From positions 52,166 through 116,165 of the IMG/VR virus record IMGVR_UViG_2687453145_000002: 64,000 bases of DNA, one strand, 5' to 3'. The DNA is from a virus (Duplodnaviria; Caudoviricetes). Below are positions 42,325 to 52,883 of this stretch, piece by piece (the stretch's first letter is position 1; the number at the start of each line of letters is the position of its first letter). The position numbers and the translations under genes were made by a program. Under the pieces are notes generated by a model. That model ran no database searches and was not told the origin of the DNA. It was given only the letters and a program-made list of their open reading frames with translations.

Positions 42325-44450
42325 TGATCAACGCCCAACCCAAGGCCCCTGAGAAAGGTGGCCTCGATACCCCGCGCCTGCTCAAACTGATGAGCGATAT
42401 CAACGGCCAGCCTGACTGGCGCTCACTTGCCAATCGCGCCTGCGCCTACTACGACAACGATCAACTGCCACCTGAGGTGGTCAAGGTGCTCAAGGAGCGG
42501 GGCCAACCCATCACTATCCACAACCTCATTGCCCCGACTATTGATGGCGTGCTGGGGATGGAGGCCAAGAGCCGCACCGATCTGATGGTGATCGCCGATG
42601 ACCATGACGATGAGCTCGAGCAGCTGGCCGAGGCCGTCAATGCCGAATACGCCGACATGTGCCGCCTGGGCGGACTGGACCGCGCCCGGGGCGAGGCTTA
42701 CGGCGGCCAGATCAAGACCGGTGTGGGCTGGGTGGAGGTGTGCCGGCGCGATGACCCGTTCGGCCCGCGCTACAAATTCAGCAACGTCCATCGTGATGAG
42801 GTCTATTGGGACTGGCACAGCCGAGAGCCGGACCTGAGCGACTGCCGCTGGCTGATGCGTCGCCGCTGGGTCGATCTGGATGAGGCCAAGACCATGTTCC
42901 CGAGCAAGGCTCAAGCGTTGGAGTGGGGCGTGAATGACTGGGCGGGGGTTGTCAGCTTGAGCGCCGTAGAGGGGCTCGACCCCAACCTGGTCAGCGCTTA
43001 CGACGAATGGAGCCAGTTCAGTGGTAAGGAGGTGGAGTGGTGCAGCCGTGAGCGGGATCGGGTGTTGCTGCAGGTGGTCTACTACCGCACCTATACCATG
43101 CGGCAGGTGCTGATGCTCGATTCTGGCCGGGCGCTGGAGTACGACAAGACCAATCAGTTGCACCTGGCCGCGCTCGCCATGGGCCGGGCCAGGCTGGAAC
43201 GCCGCCCGGTGGCCGTGATCCGGGAGTCCTGGTTTGTCGGCCCCCATCATCTGGTTGATCGCCCCTGTACAGCTCCTCACAACATGTATCCGCTGGTGCC
43301 GTTCTGGGGATACCGGAAAGACCGCACCGGTGAGCCATACGGGCTGATTGCTCGGGCCATGCCGGCGCAAGACGAGGTGAACCTGCGGCGAATCAAGCTG
43401 ACGTTCCTGCTGCAGGCCAAGCGCGTCATCATGGACAAGGACGCCACCAACATGAGCCGGGATCAGGTTCTTGAGCAGGTGGAGCGCCCGGATGGATATA
43501 TCGAGCTCAACCCGGACCGCGCCAACAAGACCAGCGTGAGCGACGCCTTCAAGGTTGAGCAGGACTTCAACGTGGCGGCCCAGCAGTTCCAGGTGATGCA
43601 AGACTCGGTGAAGCTGATCCAAGACACCATGGGGGTTTATGCGGCCTTCTTGGGGCAGGGTTCAACCGGCCAGTCAGGGGTGGCCATCAGCAACCTGGTA
43701 GAGCAGGGCGCTACGACACTCTCCGAGATCAACGACAACTACCGGATGGGCTGCCAGCAGGTGGGGCAACTGGCTTTGGCATACCTGCTGGAGGATATGG
43801 CCAACAAGCGCAACTACAAGGTGACTGTGAACCGCGACGACCCGCGCCGGCGCAAAGCGGTGGTCCTCAATGTGGAGCAAGAGGACGGCAAGCTGACCAA
43901 CGACGTGACCAGGCTGCGAGCTCATATCGCCTTGGCGCCGATCCAGCAAACCGCAGCTTACAAACAGCAGTTGTCCGAGCGGATGACCCAGGCTATGGCC
44001 CAGTTGCCGCCAGAAGCTGCAGCAGCATGCTTTGACCTGCTGGTCGAGCTGATGGATGTACCGCGCAAGGCCGAGTTTGTGGAGCGGATCCGCAATGCCC
44101 TGAACATCCAGAAAGACCCGGAGGAAATGAACGACGAGGAGCGTGCCGCAGCAGAGCTGCAGGCTCAGCAGGCCCAGATGCAGCAGGAGCTGGCAATGCG
44201 CGAGATGCAGGCCAAGCTGGCAGAGTTGGAAGGCAAGGCCGCCAAGTGGCAGGCAGAGGCCCAGCGCATCGCCAAGCTTACCGACTCCATCCGCTTCGAG
44301 GACGCCCTCAAGCAGGCCCAGACCGGCAAGACGCTGCAGGAGATGGAGCAGCTGGCAGCCCAGCAGGAGGCGATGCAGACCGAGCAGGCAGCCCTGCAGG
44401 CTCAGCTGTTGGACACCATTCAGCAGCAGATAGATGCGATCGCGCTCTGA
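42324..44450 (+). CDS. Portal protein
   Basis: 708 aa after terL; HNLIAPTIDGVLGMEAK; Q-rich helical barrel. Confidence 0.92.
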   Translation: MINAQPKAPEKGGLDTPRLLKLMSDINGQPDWRSLANRACAYYDNDQLPPEVVKVLKERGQPITIHNLIAPTIDGVLGMEAKSRTDLMVIADDHDDELEQLAEAVNAEYADMCRLGGLDRARGEAYGGQIKTGVGWVEVCRRDDPFGPRYKFSNVHRDEVYWDWHSREPDLSDCRWLMRRRWVDLDEAKTMFPSKAQALEWGVNDWAGVVSLSAVEGLDPNLVSAYDEWSQFSGKEVEWCSRERDRVLLQVVYYRTYTMRQVLMLDSGRALEYDKTNQLHLAALAMGRARLERRPVAVIRESWFVGPHHLVDRPCTAPHNMYPLVPFWGYRKDRTGEPYGLIARAMPAQDEVNLRRIKLTFLLQAKRVIMDKDATNMSRDQVLEQVERPDGYIELNPDRANKTSVSDAFKVEQDFNVAAQQFQVMQDSVKLIQDTMGVYAAFLGQGSTGQSGVAISNLVEQGATTLSEINDNYRMGCQQVGQLALAYLLEDMANKRNYKVTVNRDDPRRRKAVVLNVEQEDGKLTNDVTRLRAHIALAPIQQTAAYKQQLSERMTQAMAQLPPEAAAACFDLLVELMDVPRKAEFVERIRNALNIQKDPEEMNDEERAAAELQAQQAQMQQELAMREMQAKLAELEGKAAKWQAEAQRIAKLTDSIRFEDALKQAQTGKTLQEMEQLAAQQEAMQTEQAALQAQLLDTIQQQIDAIAL

Positions 44451-44453
44451 TAG

Positions 44454-44522
44454 TTGCTTTCCTGATCGCCCAGCGTTACGATTTCTCCAACATGGCCCAG
44501 TCTCTCGAGATTGGGCCTTTTT
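44454..44522 (+). promoter_or_regulatory. Late promoter, pause-like element and terminator before scaffold/capsid
   Basis: TTGCTT-17(AGCGT)-TACGAT, CAACAT, GGCCCAGTCT-CTCG-AGATTGGGCC-TTTTT. Confidence 0.7.
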
Positions 44523-44745
44523 CGTTGGTAGAAATGACAGTAGAGCCTGCCTTCCATCTTCGGTACTGTCTCATTTGAGTGTAGCAACTCCCGTGCTTAT
44601 GCCATTGCCCGCCTTCCGCGGGCTTTTTTATAACCAGCCTCGAGCTGGTTTTTTTGTGCCCAGCCCCAGCCGGGGAGCGCTCTTTCAGAGAACCTTCCCC
44701 CGCTTGGGCAGCGATACCACCCACTGAAAACCCACGAGGACAACC

Positions 44746-45684
44746 ATGGATACGAACATCGACAACCTGACCGGGACTGAAAGCCTGGACGAACTGGAAG
44801 CCATGCTGGAGGCGATCGAGCGCGAGCCCGATGCCGAGCTGGACAATGGCACTGGCACCAAGCAAACGGACGTAGAGCAACCCGCGCCGTCGGCGGGCGA
44901 GGTGGCAGCCGGTCACGAACAAGCCAGCACCGAGCAGGGCGGTGAAGGGGCTACGGAGCCTGAGAAGGTGATCCTGGCCAAGAATGGTCAACACACCATC
45001 CCGTATGAAGTGCTGGAGCAGGCGCGCAATGAAGCCAAGCAGCTGCGTGAGCAGTTGGCGTTATCGCAGCAGGCCCAGGCTGAACGGGACAAACTGCAGG
45101 CGCTGATGGAGAAGCACGGGATCAACCCCGACGTGGACCCCGACGACATCAGTCAGGAGGAGCTCGAGCAGCTGGCGCAGGACTACCCGGATCTCGGCAA
45201 GTCCATCGGAGCCATTGCTCGCAAGCTCCAAAAGCTGGAGCCACAAGCAGCCCCGCAGCAGGTTCAACCAACACTCACCCCGGTGCAGGCCGCACTGCAG
45301 GCGGTACCTGATCTGGTGAGCTGGCGGGAAAAGGACCAGGACCGTTTCGACTTCGCCATCATCGTCGATGAAAAGCTCCAGGCTGACCCCGCGTGGCAAG
45401 CCAAGTCGCTGGATGAGCGATTCGCAGAGGCTGCTCGCCGCACCAAGCTGGCCTTTGGCGATGCAGTGGACACCGCGCCACCTCCCGCTAAGGCACCCAG
45501 CAAGGCAGCGGAAAAGCCTACTGACCACATCCCGTCCAGCCCATCAGCCTTGGGCCAAACCCATCACGCGCCGGCTACCGGTGTTGAGCGTTATAGCGCC
45601 ATGTCCCAGACCGAGCTGGTCGGGGAGTTCGGCAACATGACCGACGCCCAGATTGACGCCCTGCTGGAACAGTCCGGGCTTTAA
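44746..45684 (+). CDS. Scaffolding protein
   Basis: Acidic, HTIPYEVL, lies between portal and capsid. Confidence 0.8.
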   Translation: MDTNIDNLTGTESLDELEAMLEAIEREPDAELDNGTGTKQTDVEQPAPSAGEVAAGHEQASTEQGGEGATEPEKVILAKNGQHTIPYEVLEQARNEAKQLREQLALSQQAQAERDKLQALMEKHGINPDVDPDDISQEELEQLAQDYPDLGKSIGAIARKLQKLEPQAAPQQVQPTLTPVQAALQAVPDLVSWREKDQDRFDFAIIVDEKLQADPAWQAKSLDERFAEAARRTKLAFGDAVDTAPPPAKAPSKAAEKPTDHIPSSPSALGQTHHAPATGVERYSAMSQTELVGEFGNMTDAQIDALLEQSGL

Positions 45685-45755
45685 CCAACAACCCATCTAT
45701 ACAAGCCAACCCCGACCACTGCGTCGGGGTTTTTGTTTTCATGTAGGAGAGGATC

Positions 45756-46973
45756 ATGACCCAAGTCACCTCGGCGCAAGCCAACAAGATTTTACAGGCC
45801 GCCCTGTTCACGACGGCCAACCGTTCCCACTCGCTGGTGAACATGCTGACCGAAGAGGCCCCCAAGGGCGCCAAAGTCAACGGCGGCAAGCAGACCAGCG
45901 CCGGAGCTCCGGTGGTCCGTATCACCGATCTCAGCAAAGGGGCGGGCGATGAAGTAGACATGCAGCTGTTCCACCAACTGTCTGGCCGCCCGACCATGGG
46001 TGACAAGAAGCTGGCTGGACGTCTGGAGAGCATGTCCTTCGCAGACTTCTCATTGAAGATCAACCAGTCACGCCATGGTGTGGATGCCGGTGGCAAGATG
46101 AGCCAGAAGCGCACCAAGCACGACCTGATCAAGACCGCCCGGGTACTGCTGGCAGATGGCTACTACGGCCGCCTGGCTGACCAGCGCGGCTTTGCCCAGC
46201 TGGCCGGTGCTCGCGGCGATTACTCGGCAACCGACATCATCCTGCCGCTGGCTGATGATCCCGAGTTTTCGGAGATCATGATCAACCCGCTGACCGCGCC
46301 GACCTACGAGCGCCACTTCTTCGGCGGTGATGCTACCACCTTCGAAGCCATCGACGCGGCGGACCGGTTCAACCTCGGCTGTGTGGACAACATGGCGCTC
46401 TATCTATCCGAGATGGCCAACCCCATCCAACCGATCCGCATGGTGGCAGACCCCTCCGGCGGCGAGCCGCTCTATGTGCTCTACGTCACCCCGCGCCAAT
46501 GGCACGACTTCTACACCTCCAGCTCCGGCAAAGACTGGAACGCCATGCTGGCAGCAGTGGCAGAGCGCGCCAAGGGTTGGAATCACCCCATCTTCCGTGG
46601 TGAAGGTGCAATGTGGCGCGGCATCCTGGTCAAGCAGTACAAGGGCATGCCGATCCGCTTCAACCAAGGCAGCGCCGTCAAGGTGTGCGCGACCAACTCC
46701 GCGACCGGGGTGGAGGTGGACAAGGTTGCCGGTACCACCATCGACCGCGCGGTGCTGCTGGGAGGCCAGGCACTGGCCAATGCCTTCGGCTCTGGCGAGC
46801 AGGGTGGCTCCTTCGGTATGCACGAAGAGAAAACCGACCACGGCAACGCGACCGAGCTCTCCATCAATTGGGTGTCCGGTTTGCAGAAGATCCGCTTCAA
46901 GCAGCGCAACGGCAACATCCAAGACCATGGCTGCATGGTGCTGGATACCGCAGTGAGCCCCATCGGCCGCTAA
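45756..46973 (+). CDS. Major capsid protein (N4-gp56/933W type)
   Basis: 405 aa; PVVRITDLSKGAGDEV; synteny. Confidence 0.92.
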   Translation: MTQVTSAQANKILQAALFTTANRSHSLVNMLTEEAPKGAKVNGGKQTSAGAPVVRITDLSKGAGDEVDMQLFHQLSGRPTMGDKKLAGRLESMSFADFSLKINQSRHGVDAGGKMSQKRTKHDLIKTARVLLADGYYGRLADQRGFAQLAGARGDYSATDIILPLADDPEFSEIMINPLTAPTYERHFFGGDATTFEAIDAADRFNLGCVDNMALYLSEMANPIQPIRMVADPSGGEPLYVLYVTPRQWHDFYTSSSGKDWNAMLAAVAERAKGWNHPIFRGEGAMWRGILVKQYKGMPIRFNQGSAVKVCATNSATGVEVDKVAGTTIDRAVLLGGQALANAFGSGEQGGSFGMHEEKTDHGNATELSINWVSGLQKIRFKQRNGNIQDHGCMVLDTAVSPIGR

Positions 46974-47036
46974 GCCCTAAACCAGAGGGGGTAAGCGCCC
47001 CCTCCCTGTTTATCAGACCCAATAAGGAGCCATGTC

Positions 47037-47426
47037 ATGGCCAAAACTACCCTGATCGCCAAAGCGTACCGCTGGTTTGTCGGTGCCTTCGGCAACCTTT
47101 CCATCTCTCCGACCCTGGTGGCCAAGCTGGCGGCGGTACCGGCCGGCGACGTCGTCGCATTTGGCGACAAAGTGGAGCCCAACCTGAAAGTGGTGGGAGT
47201 GACGATGTTCAGCACTGCGCTGGGCGCGAGTACCACCATCACGGCCAAGATCGGCGACACCGCCATCATCAACGCCGAAGGCACTGTGACGGCGGTGGCC
47301 AAGTACATCCCGGTTGACGACCTGCTGACGGCACCTGACCAGGAGATCACCATCACCGTCGGCGGTGGTGCGGCAACGGGCACCGTCAAGCTCAAGCTGC
47401 ACTATGAGGTGATCGGCAACCTGTAA
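47037..47426 (+). CDS. Capsid decoration-like virion protein
   Basis: 129 aa, beta-rich, after the capsid gene. Confidence 0.7.
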   Translation: MAKTTLIAKAYRWFVGAFGNLSISPTLVAKLAAVPAGDVVAFGDKVEPNLKVVGVTMFSTALGASTTITAKIGDTAIINAEGTVTAVAKYIPVDDLLTAPDQEITITVGGGAATGTVKLKLHYEVIGNL

Positions 47427-47492
47427 GGCTGCCCGTCACGCCATGCCCGGCCCCGCGCCGGGCTTTTTTATTTCTGGATTGGAGATATTGCC

Positions 47493-47933
47493 GTGAGCGA
47501 CAAGATTGCCGTGGTTTATATCGGCGACAAGCCGAGCAAGAAAGACACCGTCACCGGATCCCGCCTGGTGTTCCCGCGCCACACCGCTGTTGATGTGGAG
47601 AGCCACATCGCTATGCAGTTGCTGGAGTTCCCCACCGTCTGGATCCGCCATGACGCACTGGCGGATGAGCTGGAGCGGCAGGGGGCCATTGCCAAGGCTG
47701 AGGCCGATGAGCAGGAACGCCTTGCTGCTGAAGCGGCCCGCCTGGCTGAAGAGCAAAGCTTTGTGGTCGGCGACCGCGACCTCACCAAGATGACCAGCGC
47801 CCAGCTGGCGACATTGGTGGAGGGGGAGGACTTGCAGGTTGAGCCGCAAGCCCCTCAAGAGAAGGTGGGTGACTACCGGCTGCGTGTACGTGACGCCCTG
47901 AAAGACAAGCTGGCGGCTGGCCAGGAGGGGTAA
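47493..47933 (+). CDS. Virion-region hypothetical protein
   Basis: VVYIGDKPSKKDTVTGSRLVFPR; synteny. Confidence 0.75.
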   Translation: MSDKIAVVYIGDKPSKKDTVTGSRLVFPRHTAVDVESHIAMQLLEFPTVWIRHDALADELERQGAIAKAEADEQERLAAEAARLAEEQSFVVGDRDLTKMTSAQLATLVEGEDLQVEPQAPQEKVGDYRLRVRDALKDKLAAGQEG

Positions 47934-47935
47934 TC

Positions 47936-48517
47936 ATGCAGATGGTGCCCCGCGAGCAGTTCCTGCCTACCGTCAGGCTGCACATCACCGGCCCGCTCGA
48001 GATGCTGCTGGAGGAGGCCGTAACCGAAGCGGCGATCACCTTCTGCCGAGAATCAGAGCTGATCACTCTCGATCGCCTCCTTCCCAGCGCGTCAGCCGGT
48101 AGCCTGGAAGCGGTGTGCAATGTGGACGGGGTCACCTCCTGCAATGTGCTGCACCTCACCGGTGCTGATGGCGTGCCACTGGACTCCGGGCGTGACTACT
48201 TCGCCTTATCCGCAAATGAGTTGAGCATCCTGACCGACCTCAATGATGTACGGATCTGGTACGTGGCCGCCCCGGTAAAAGGCGCCAAGGAACTACCAGC
48301 ACAGCTCTACACCGACCACTCAGAGGCCATTGCCCACGGCGTGGCCGCACTGCTTTACGCCCAGCCTGACCGCCCCTGGTCTGATCCAAAGCGTGCCAAC
48401 TACCATCGCGCCGAGTTTGTTGAAGGGTGGCGACGAGCCGGCCGGTTCAGGAAACAGCACAGCGCACCGACTCAAGTTGAGTTCTACAACCCGCCCCGCA
48501 AACACAGCTTTTTCTAA
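47936..48517 (+). CDS. Head-tail adaptor-like protein
   Basis: AAITFCRES...PWSDP; synteny. Confidence 0.7.
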   Translation: MQMVPREQFLPTVRLHITGPLEMLLEEAVTEAAITFCRESELITLDRLLPSASAGSLEAVCNVDGVTSCNVLHLTGADGVPLDSGRDYFALSANELSILTDLNDVRIWYVAAPVKGAKELPAQLYTDHSEAIAHGVAALLYAQPDRPWSDPKRANYHRAEFVEGWRRAGRFRKQHSAPTQVEFYNPPRKHSFF

Positions 48518-48526
48518 GGAGTCGCC

Positions 48527-49204
48527 ATGGCTACCGTGTCCATTGCAACCATCATCAAGCGGGTCAACACCCTGCTGGTCGATCCCACTTTTACCCGTTG
48601 GCCCAAACAGGAGCTGCTGGACTACTACAACGATGCCACCAAGGCGATCGTGCTGGTTCGCCCTGACGCCCACACCAAGAACGTCGAGTTTATCTGCGCG
48701 GCCGGCACCAAGCAGGCGCTGCCAGCTGACGCCCTGCGCTTGATTGAAGTCTTGCGCAATGCCAACGGCAAGGTGGTTCGCTTCGTGCCGCGCAAGGCGT
48801 TGGATGACAGCTACCCAGATTGGCACTCCGGCAAAACAGCGACATCAGTTGATAACTACTGCTATGAAGATCGCGATCCCAAGACCTTCTATCTGCATCC
48901 CGGCCCGGCCGAAGCGGTCAAGGTGGATGTGATCTATTCGGTCGCCCCGCAATCCAAGCAACTGGCCGATGTGGAGAACGCCAACACGCCGGCGCTGGCC
49001 GACCTGGATGATATCTACATCAACCCGATCATCGACTTCATGCTCTACCGCTGTTTCTCCAAGGATGCTGAGTACGCCGCCAACAGCAACCGTGCTGCCG
49101 GCCATTACAACGCATTCCTGCAGCAGCTGGGCGAGAAAACCCAGGCTGACGCCAATATGGAAGCCCGCCAGCAGGCCGGCTTTAACCGGGTGACAGGTCA
49201 GTAA
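48527..49204 (+). CDS. Head-tail adaptor-like protein
   Basis: RWPKQELLDYYNDA...VRPDA...RCFSKDAE. Confidence 0.75.
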   Translation: MATVSIATIIKRVNTLLVDPTFTRWPKQELLDYYNDATKAIVLVRPDAHTKNVEFICAAGTKQALPADALRLIEVLRNANGKVVRFVPRKALDDSYPDWHSGKTATSVDNYCYEDRDPKTFYLHPGPAEAVKVDVIYSVAPQSKQLADVENANTPALADLDDIYINPIIDFMLYRCFSKDAEYAANSNRAAGHYNAFLQQLGEKTQADANMEARQQAGFNRVTGQ

Positions 49205-49216
49205 GGGGGCGCATAG

Positions 49217-50863
49217 ATGGCAGGATTGTGGAAGCGTGACGGCACTGTAGCTGTCACCAGCGGCAGCAAGAAGGTGACCGGCACCGGAACCACCTTCGCA
49301 GATGCCAAGAACGGGGTGGCCAAGGGCCACCTTTTTTGTATGACCACCGGGGCAACGGTTGACCTCTATGAGGTCGATTATGTGGTTTCCAACACGGAGC
49401 TGTTCTTGGTGCAGGCGTTTCGTGGGGTTACCGGTACCGGCAAAGCCTACGAGGTGATCACCACCTTCTCTGACTCTATCCCGGAGTTTGCCCGCAAGCT
49501 AAATGCCTCGCTGTCCTACTACCAGGGCCAATCCGACATGGTGCAGCAGCTGTTTACCAGCGATGCGGCCGAAATCACTGTGACAGCCCCCGATGGCACC
49601 ACCCACAAGTTGGTCCCATGGAAGCGGGTGACCAGCGATGGCGAGGGCCAGGCCGCCCGCGCCAAGGTCGAGGCTGACCGTTCCAAGACCGAAGCAGATC
49701 GCTCGGGCACAGAGGCCGACCGGGCGGCGGGGATTGTGGCTGCTGCCGCGCTCCCCCTGCCCGATGTATGGGCGCCGCTCTCTGACAGCCTGCGCCTCAT
49801 CACCGGCTATGGGCGGGATGTGCTGGTCGGGTCGGATGTGGTGGCCAGGATGGTGAATTTCAGCCGCAGCACCACAGCAACCTACATTGGCAAGGATGGC
49901 CAGCTTAAAACCGCTGCCGCGAATGAGCCGCGCTTTGAGAAAGAGGGGCTGCTGATTGAGGGGCAGAGCGCAAATATATGGTGGGCTCAGGCCGGTGCAG
50001 GGGTATCGGTTGTTAATGCACCTTTGGAATCAGTCACATTGCCGACAGGGGGGGCTGGCAATGCATACAAACTGACACCAAATCCAACAGATTTTTCTTA
50101 TGTGCGCGCCTCATTCGCCCAGCAAACAGGCCAATTCACCTTGTCTTGTTTTGCTCGAAGAGCCGATGGCTCTAACGAAATGCCGACAATTTACACTGGT
50201 CATACTGGCGCCCTGGGTGTAAAGGCTTCAGGCGTTTATCTCGGGTCTGGGTGGTGGCGAATGTACACGGTAATGACCAACCCAGCGGGTAATACTGGGT
50301 TTGGTTTCACAACCACGACAACTGACACGATCCCTGTTCACATTTGTTTCTTCCAGCTGGAAGCTCTGCCGTTTGCCAGCTCATATATCCCAACGGCTGG
50401 GGCCGCAGTCACCCGAGCGCCTGACAAGGCATGGCTCAACGTGGCTGGTAACTTGATCCCGCTCAGCGTCATAGCTCTGGAATTCAATTCCATCGCGCCA
50501 TCTTCGTTCTATCAGGCACCCAACCTGACTCGCTATATCGTCCACACCGGTGATGGCACCGGCATTACTGCCTATCTTGGCCGTTTCACCACACAGTTCG
50601 AAGATGCCGGCGCGGCGCAGGGTTCTACCATATCACCGGGTAGAACAGTTGTTGTGGGTGGCGTGTCAGGCGGCAAGGCTGCCATCAGGTCTGGTGTCGG
50701 ACTTACCGCCGGGGTGGCAGTGAAAGGGTTCAAGCAGACAGAGATTTATCTGTGCAACTCTGGCCCAGGCCCTGCAGATCGCCAAGCGTTCGGGCATGTG
50801 AGAAACCTGCGAATTTATCATCGTGACCTGACAGCTGATCAATATAAGGCGGTGGCAGCATGA
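49217..50863 (+). CDS. Tail fibre/spike
   Basis: GTVAVTSGSKKVTGTGT N-terminus; FSRSTTATY...PRFEKEGLLIEG; lower-GC distal half. Confidence 0.85.
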   Translation: MAGLWKRDGTVAVTSGSKKVTGTGTTFADAKNGVAKGHLFCMTTGATVDLYEVDYVVSNTELFLVQAFRGVTGTGKAYEVITTFSDSIPEFARKLNASLSYYQGQSDMVQQLFTSDAAEITVTAPDGTTHKLVPWKRVTSDGEGQAARAKVEADRSKTEADRSGTEADRAAGIVAAAALPLPDVWAPLSDSLRLITGYGRDVLVGSDVVARMVNFSRSTTATYIGKDGQLKTAAANEPRFEKEGLLIEGQSANIWWAQAGAGVSVVNAPLESVTLPTGGAGNAYKLTPNPTDFSYVRASFAQQTGQFTLSCFARRADGSNEMPTIYTGHTGALGVKASGVYLGSGWWRMYTVMTNPAGNTGFGFTTTTTDTIPVHICFFQLEALPFASSYIPTAGAAVTRAPDKAWLNVAGNLIPLSVIALEFNSIAPSSFYQAPNLTRYIVHTGDGTGITAYLGRFTTQFEDAGAAQGSTISPGRTVVVGGVSGGKAAIRSGVGLTAGVAVKGFKQTEIYLCNSGPGPADRQAFGHVRNLRIYHRDLTADQYKAVAA

Positions 50864-51183
50864 CAGACTTCATCGACCTCAACCTCAAGGCGGCCACTCA
50901 GGCCGCCATGACCAAAGCCCTGCTGGCCGCCGGCTTTATCAAAGACCCTGAAACCAGCACCCTCTATCACCCCACCGCATCGCTGCAGCTGCTGCCGCCA
51001 GGCATGGTTACCCGCCCCACCGGTGTGCTGGATACGGAGGGCCTACCGCTGCGCGAGCCGGTGCCGGGCTATCATGCCAACGTCAGAACCCAAGACCCCG
51101 CAATGGCCGCCGCGCTGGCGCCGGTGACCGTTGTTGTCGAAACCCCGCAATATGTCTGGGCCTCAGATCCGGCTGCTATGTGA
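50860..51183 (+). CDS. Tail-fibre-associated small protein
   Basis: Coupled to the fibre gene; PGYHANVR. Confidence 0.7.
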   Translation: MTDFIDLNLKAATQAAMTKALLAAGFIKDPETSTLYHPTASLQLLPPGMVTRPTGVLDTEGLPLREPVPGYHANVRTQDPAMAAALAPVTVVVETPQYVWASDPAAM

Positions 51184-51186
51184 GTC

Positions 51187-51259
51187 TTGCCTCCTGGCGC
51201 TGTCAGCGTTAGGATTTACCCATCATGGCCCGCTCTATTCTGAGTGGGCCTTTTTGTTT
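51187..51259 (+). promoter_or_regulatory. Late promoter, pause-like element and terminator before tail genes
   Basis: TTGCCT-17(AGCGT)-TAGGAT, CATCAT, GGCCCGCTC...GAGTGGGCC-TTTTT. Confidence 0.7.
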
Positions 51260-51278
51260 CCTGCCCGCCGAGAATTCC

Positions 51279-52883
51279 ATGTCAGCCATCGATATCGTCA
51301 CCATGCGAGGTGTAACGCCGCGCGTGGAGCCTCACCTGTTGCCTGATGAAGTGGCCGTGGTGGCCCGCGATTGCCATTTCGATCACGGCGTAATATCCCC
51401 CCTCGAGGAGGATGTGAGCGTCGGAGTGGTGTTGCCAATCACACCAAAGACCCTGTTTCGCTATGGAGATCACTGGTTCGCATGGAACAAGGTGGTTGAG
51501 GCCATCCATTCTCCAATCGCCCAGGATGGGTATCAGCGCGTCTACTACACCGATGGGGAATATCCCAAGGTGACCCATGCTCAGATCGCCACTGGCGGCA
51601 GCAACAAGCCGACAGCCTGGTATCGGCTTGGGGTGCCTGCACCAGGCGTTCCGGTAGGGATTGGCGCTATCACGCCGCCAGAAGGCGGCAAGGATGACGA
51701 CATTACCGATGACGAGACCCGCTACTACGTAGATACCTACGTGACCGCCATGGGCGAGGAGGGGCCACCAGGACCTGCTAGCGGCAAGGTGGCGATCCCC
51801 ATCCCAGGGTCAACGGTGACGCTGGCGTTATCCCCCCCGCAGTCGCAGGACAACAACATCACCAAGCGCCGGATCTACCGGTCTGTCTCCGGTGGCGGCC
51901 TAGCTGACTACTTGCTGGTCGCAGAGCTGCCTATTGCGCAAGCTTCATTTGTAGATAGCCGCGCTGATGGTGAACTTGGTCCTGTCTTGGAGACTTACGA
52001 TTACGCTCCACCTCCAGCGGCTCTGCGTGGCCTCTGCCAGATGGCCAACGGCATGTGTGCCGGGTTCGCTGGCAACTCTCTCTACCTATGCGAGCCATAC
52101 CTTCCCTATGCCTGGCCGGAGAAGTACCGGCTCACCACAGAGCACGACATCGTGGCGATCGCCGCCATTGATACTGCACTGGTGATCGGCACCAAGGGTT
52201 ACCCCTATCTGGCTCAAGGCGTGAGCTCTTCCTCGGTAACAAACCAGAAGCTCAGCCACCTGCCGCAAGCCTGTATCAGTGCGCGCTCCATGGTGGCGAT
52301 GGATGGTGTCGTGCTCTATGCGTCCCCTGACGGCCTGGTTGGCATTGGCGCCAGCGGTGGGCAGGTGGTGACCGAGCAGGTGATCACCCGCAAGCAGTGG
52401 CAAGCCATGAAGCCTGAAACCCTGCGCGCCTGGCATCACGAAGGCAAGTACGTCGGCCTGACCGATACCCACGCCTTTATCTTTGACCCCAAGTCTGGCG
52501 ACCTGCGTGAGCTGACCAATCGCTGGGATGCCGCCGTCTCTGACATGGAGAGCGACAGCCTGTTTGTAGCCAAGGGGCGTGACCTGCACATCTGGCGTGG
52601 CGGCGAGGCTGGCAATGGCCAGCTTGTCTGGCGTTCAAAGGTCTTCATGGTTGTCAGTGGTGCGTCCTATGGGTGCTGCAGGATCCTGGCCTCAGATCTC
52701 AGCAAGGTCGGGGTGCGGTTGTTTGTAGACAATCAGCAGGTGATGGAGTTGTCGCCTGGCAACCTGACGGCCAGTGCTTTCAGGCTTCCGCCAGTGCGTG
52801 GCCGGTGGTGGCAAATCGAGGTGTTTGGCACCACCACTGTGCGGCGGATCACGTTGGCGGGTTCTATGGCGGAGTTGATGTAA
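51279..52883 (+). CDS. Tail nozzle/tube-like protein
   Basis: 534 aa from MSAIDIVTMRG; CEPYLPYAWP; synteny. Confidence 0.8.
   Translation: MSAIDIVTMRGVTPRVEPHLLPDEVAVVARDCHFDHGVISPLEEDVSVGVVLPITPKTLFRYGDHWFAWNKVVEAIHSPIAQDGYQRVYYTDGEYPKVTHAQIATGGSNKPTAWYRLGVPAPGVPVGIGAITPPEGGKDDDITDDETRYYVDTYVTAMGEEGPPGPASGKVAIPIPGSTVTLALSPPQSQDNNITKRRIYRSVSGGGLADYLLVAELPIAQASFVDSRADGELGPVLETYDYAPPPAALRGLCQMANGMCAGFAGNSLYLCEPYLPYAWPEKYRLTTEHDIVAIAAIDTALVIGTKGYPYLAQGVSSSSVTNQKLSHLPQACISARSMVAMDGVVLYASPDGLVGIGASGGQVVTEQVITRKQWQAMKPETLRAWHHEGKYVGLTDTHAFIFDPKSGDLRELTNRWDAAVSDMESDSLFVAKGRDLHIWRGGEAGNGQLVWRSKVFMVVSGASYGCCRILASDLSKVGVRLFVDNQQVMELSPGNLTASAFRLPPVRGRWWQIEVFGTTTVRRITLAGSMAELM

Noticed and set aside
52673-52882. 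Upstream extension of the long tail ORF
   Set aside because: Overlaps the preceding gene; TAATG coupling supports the start at 52883.
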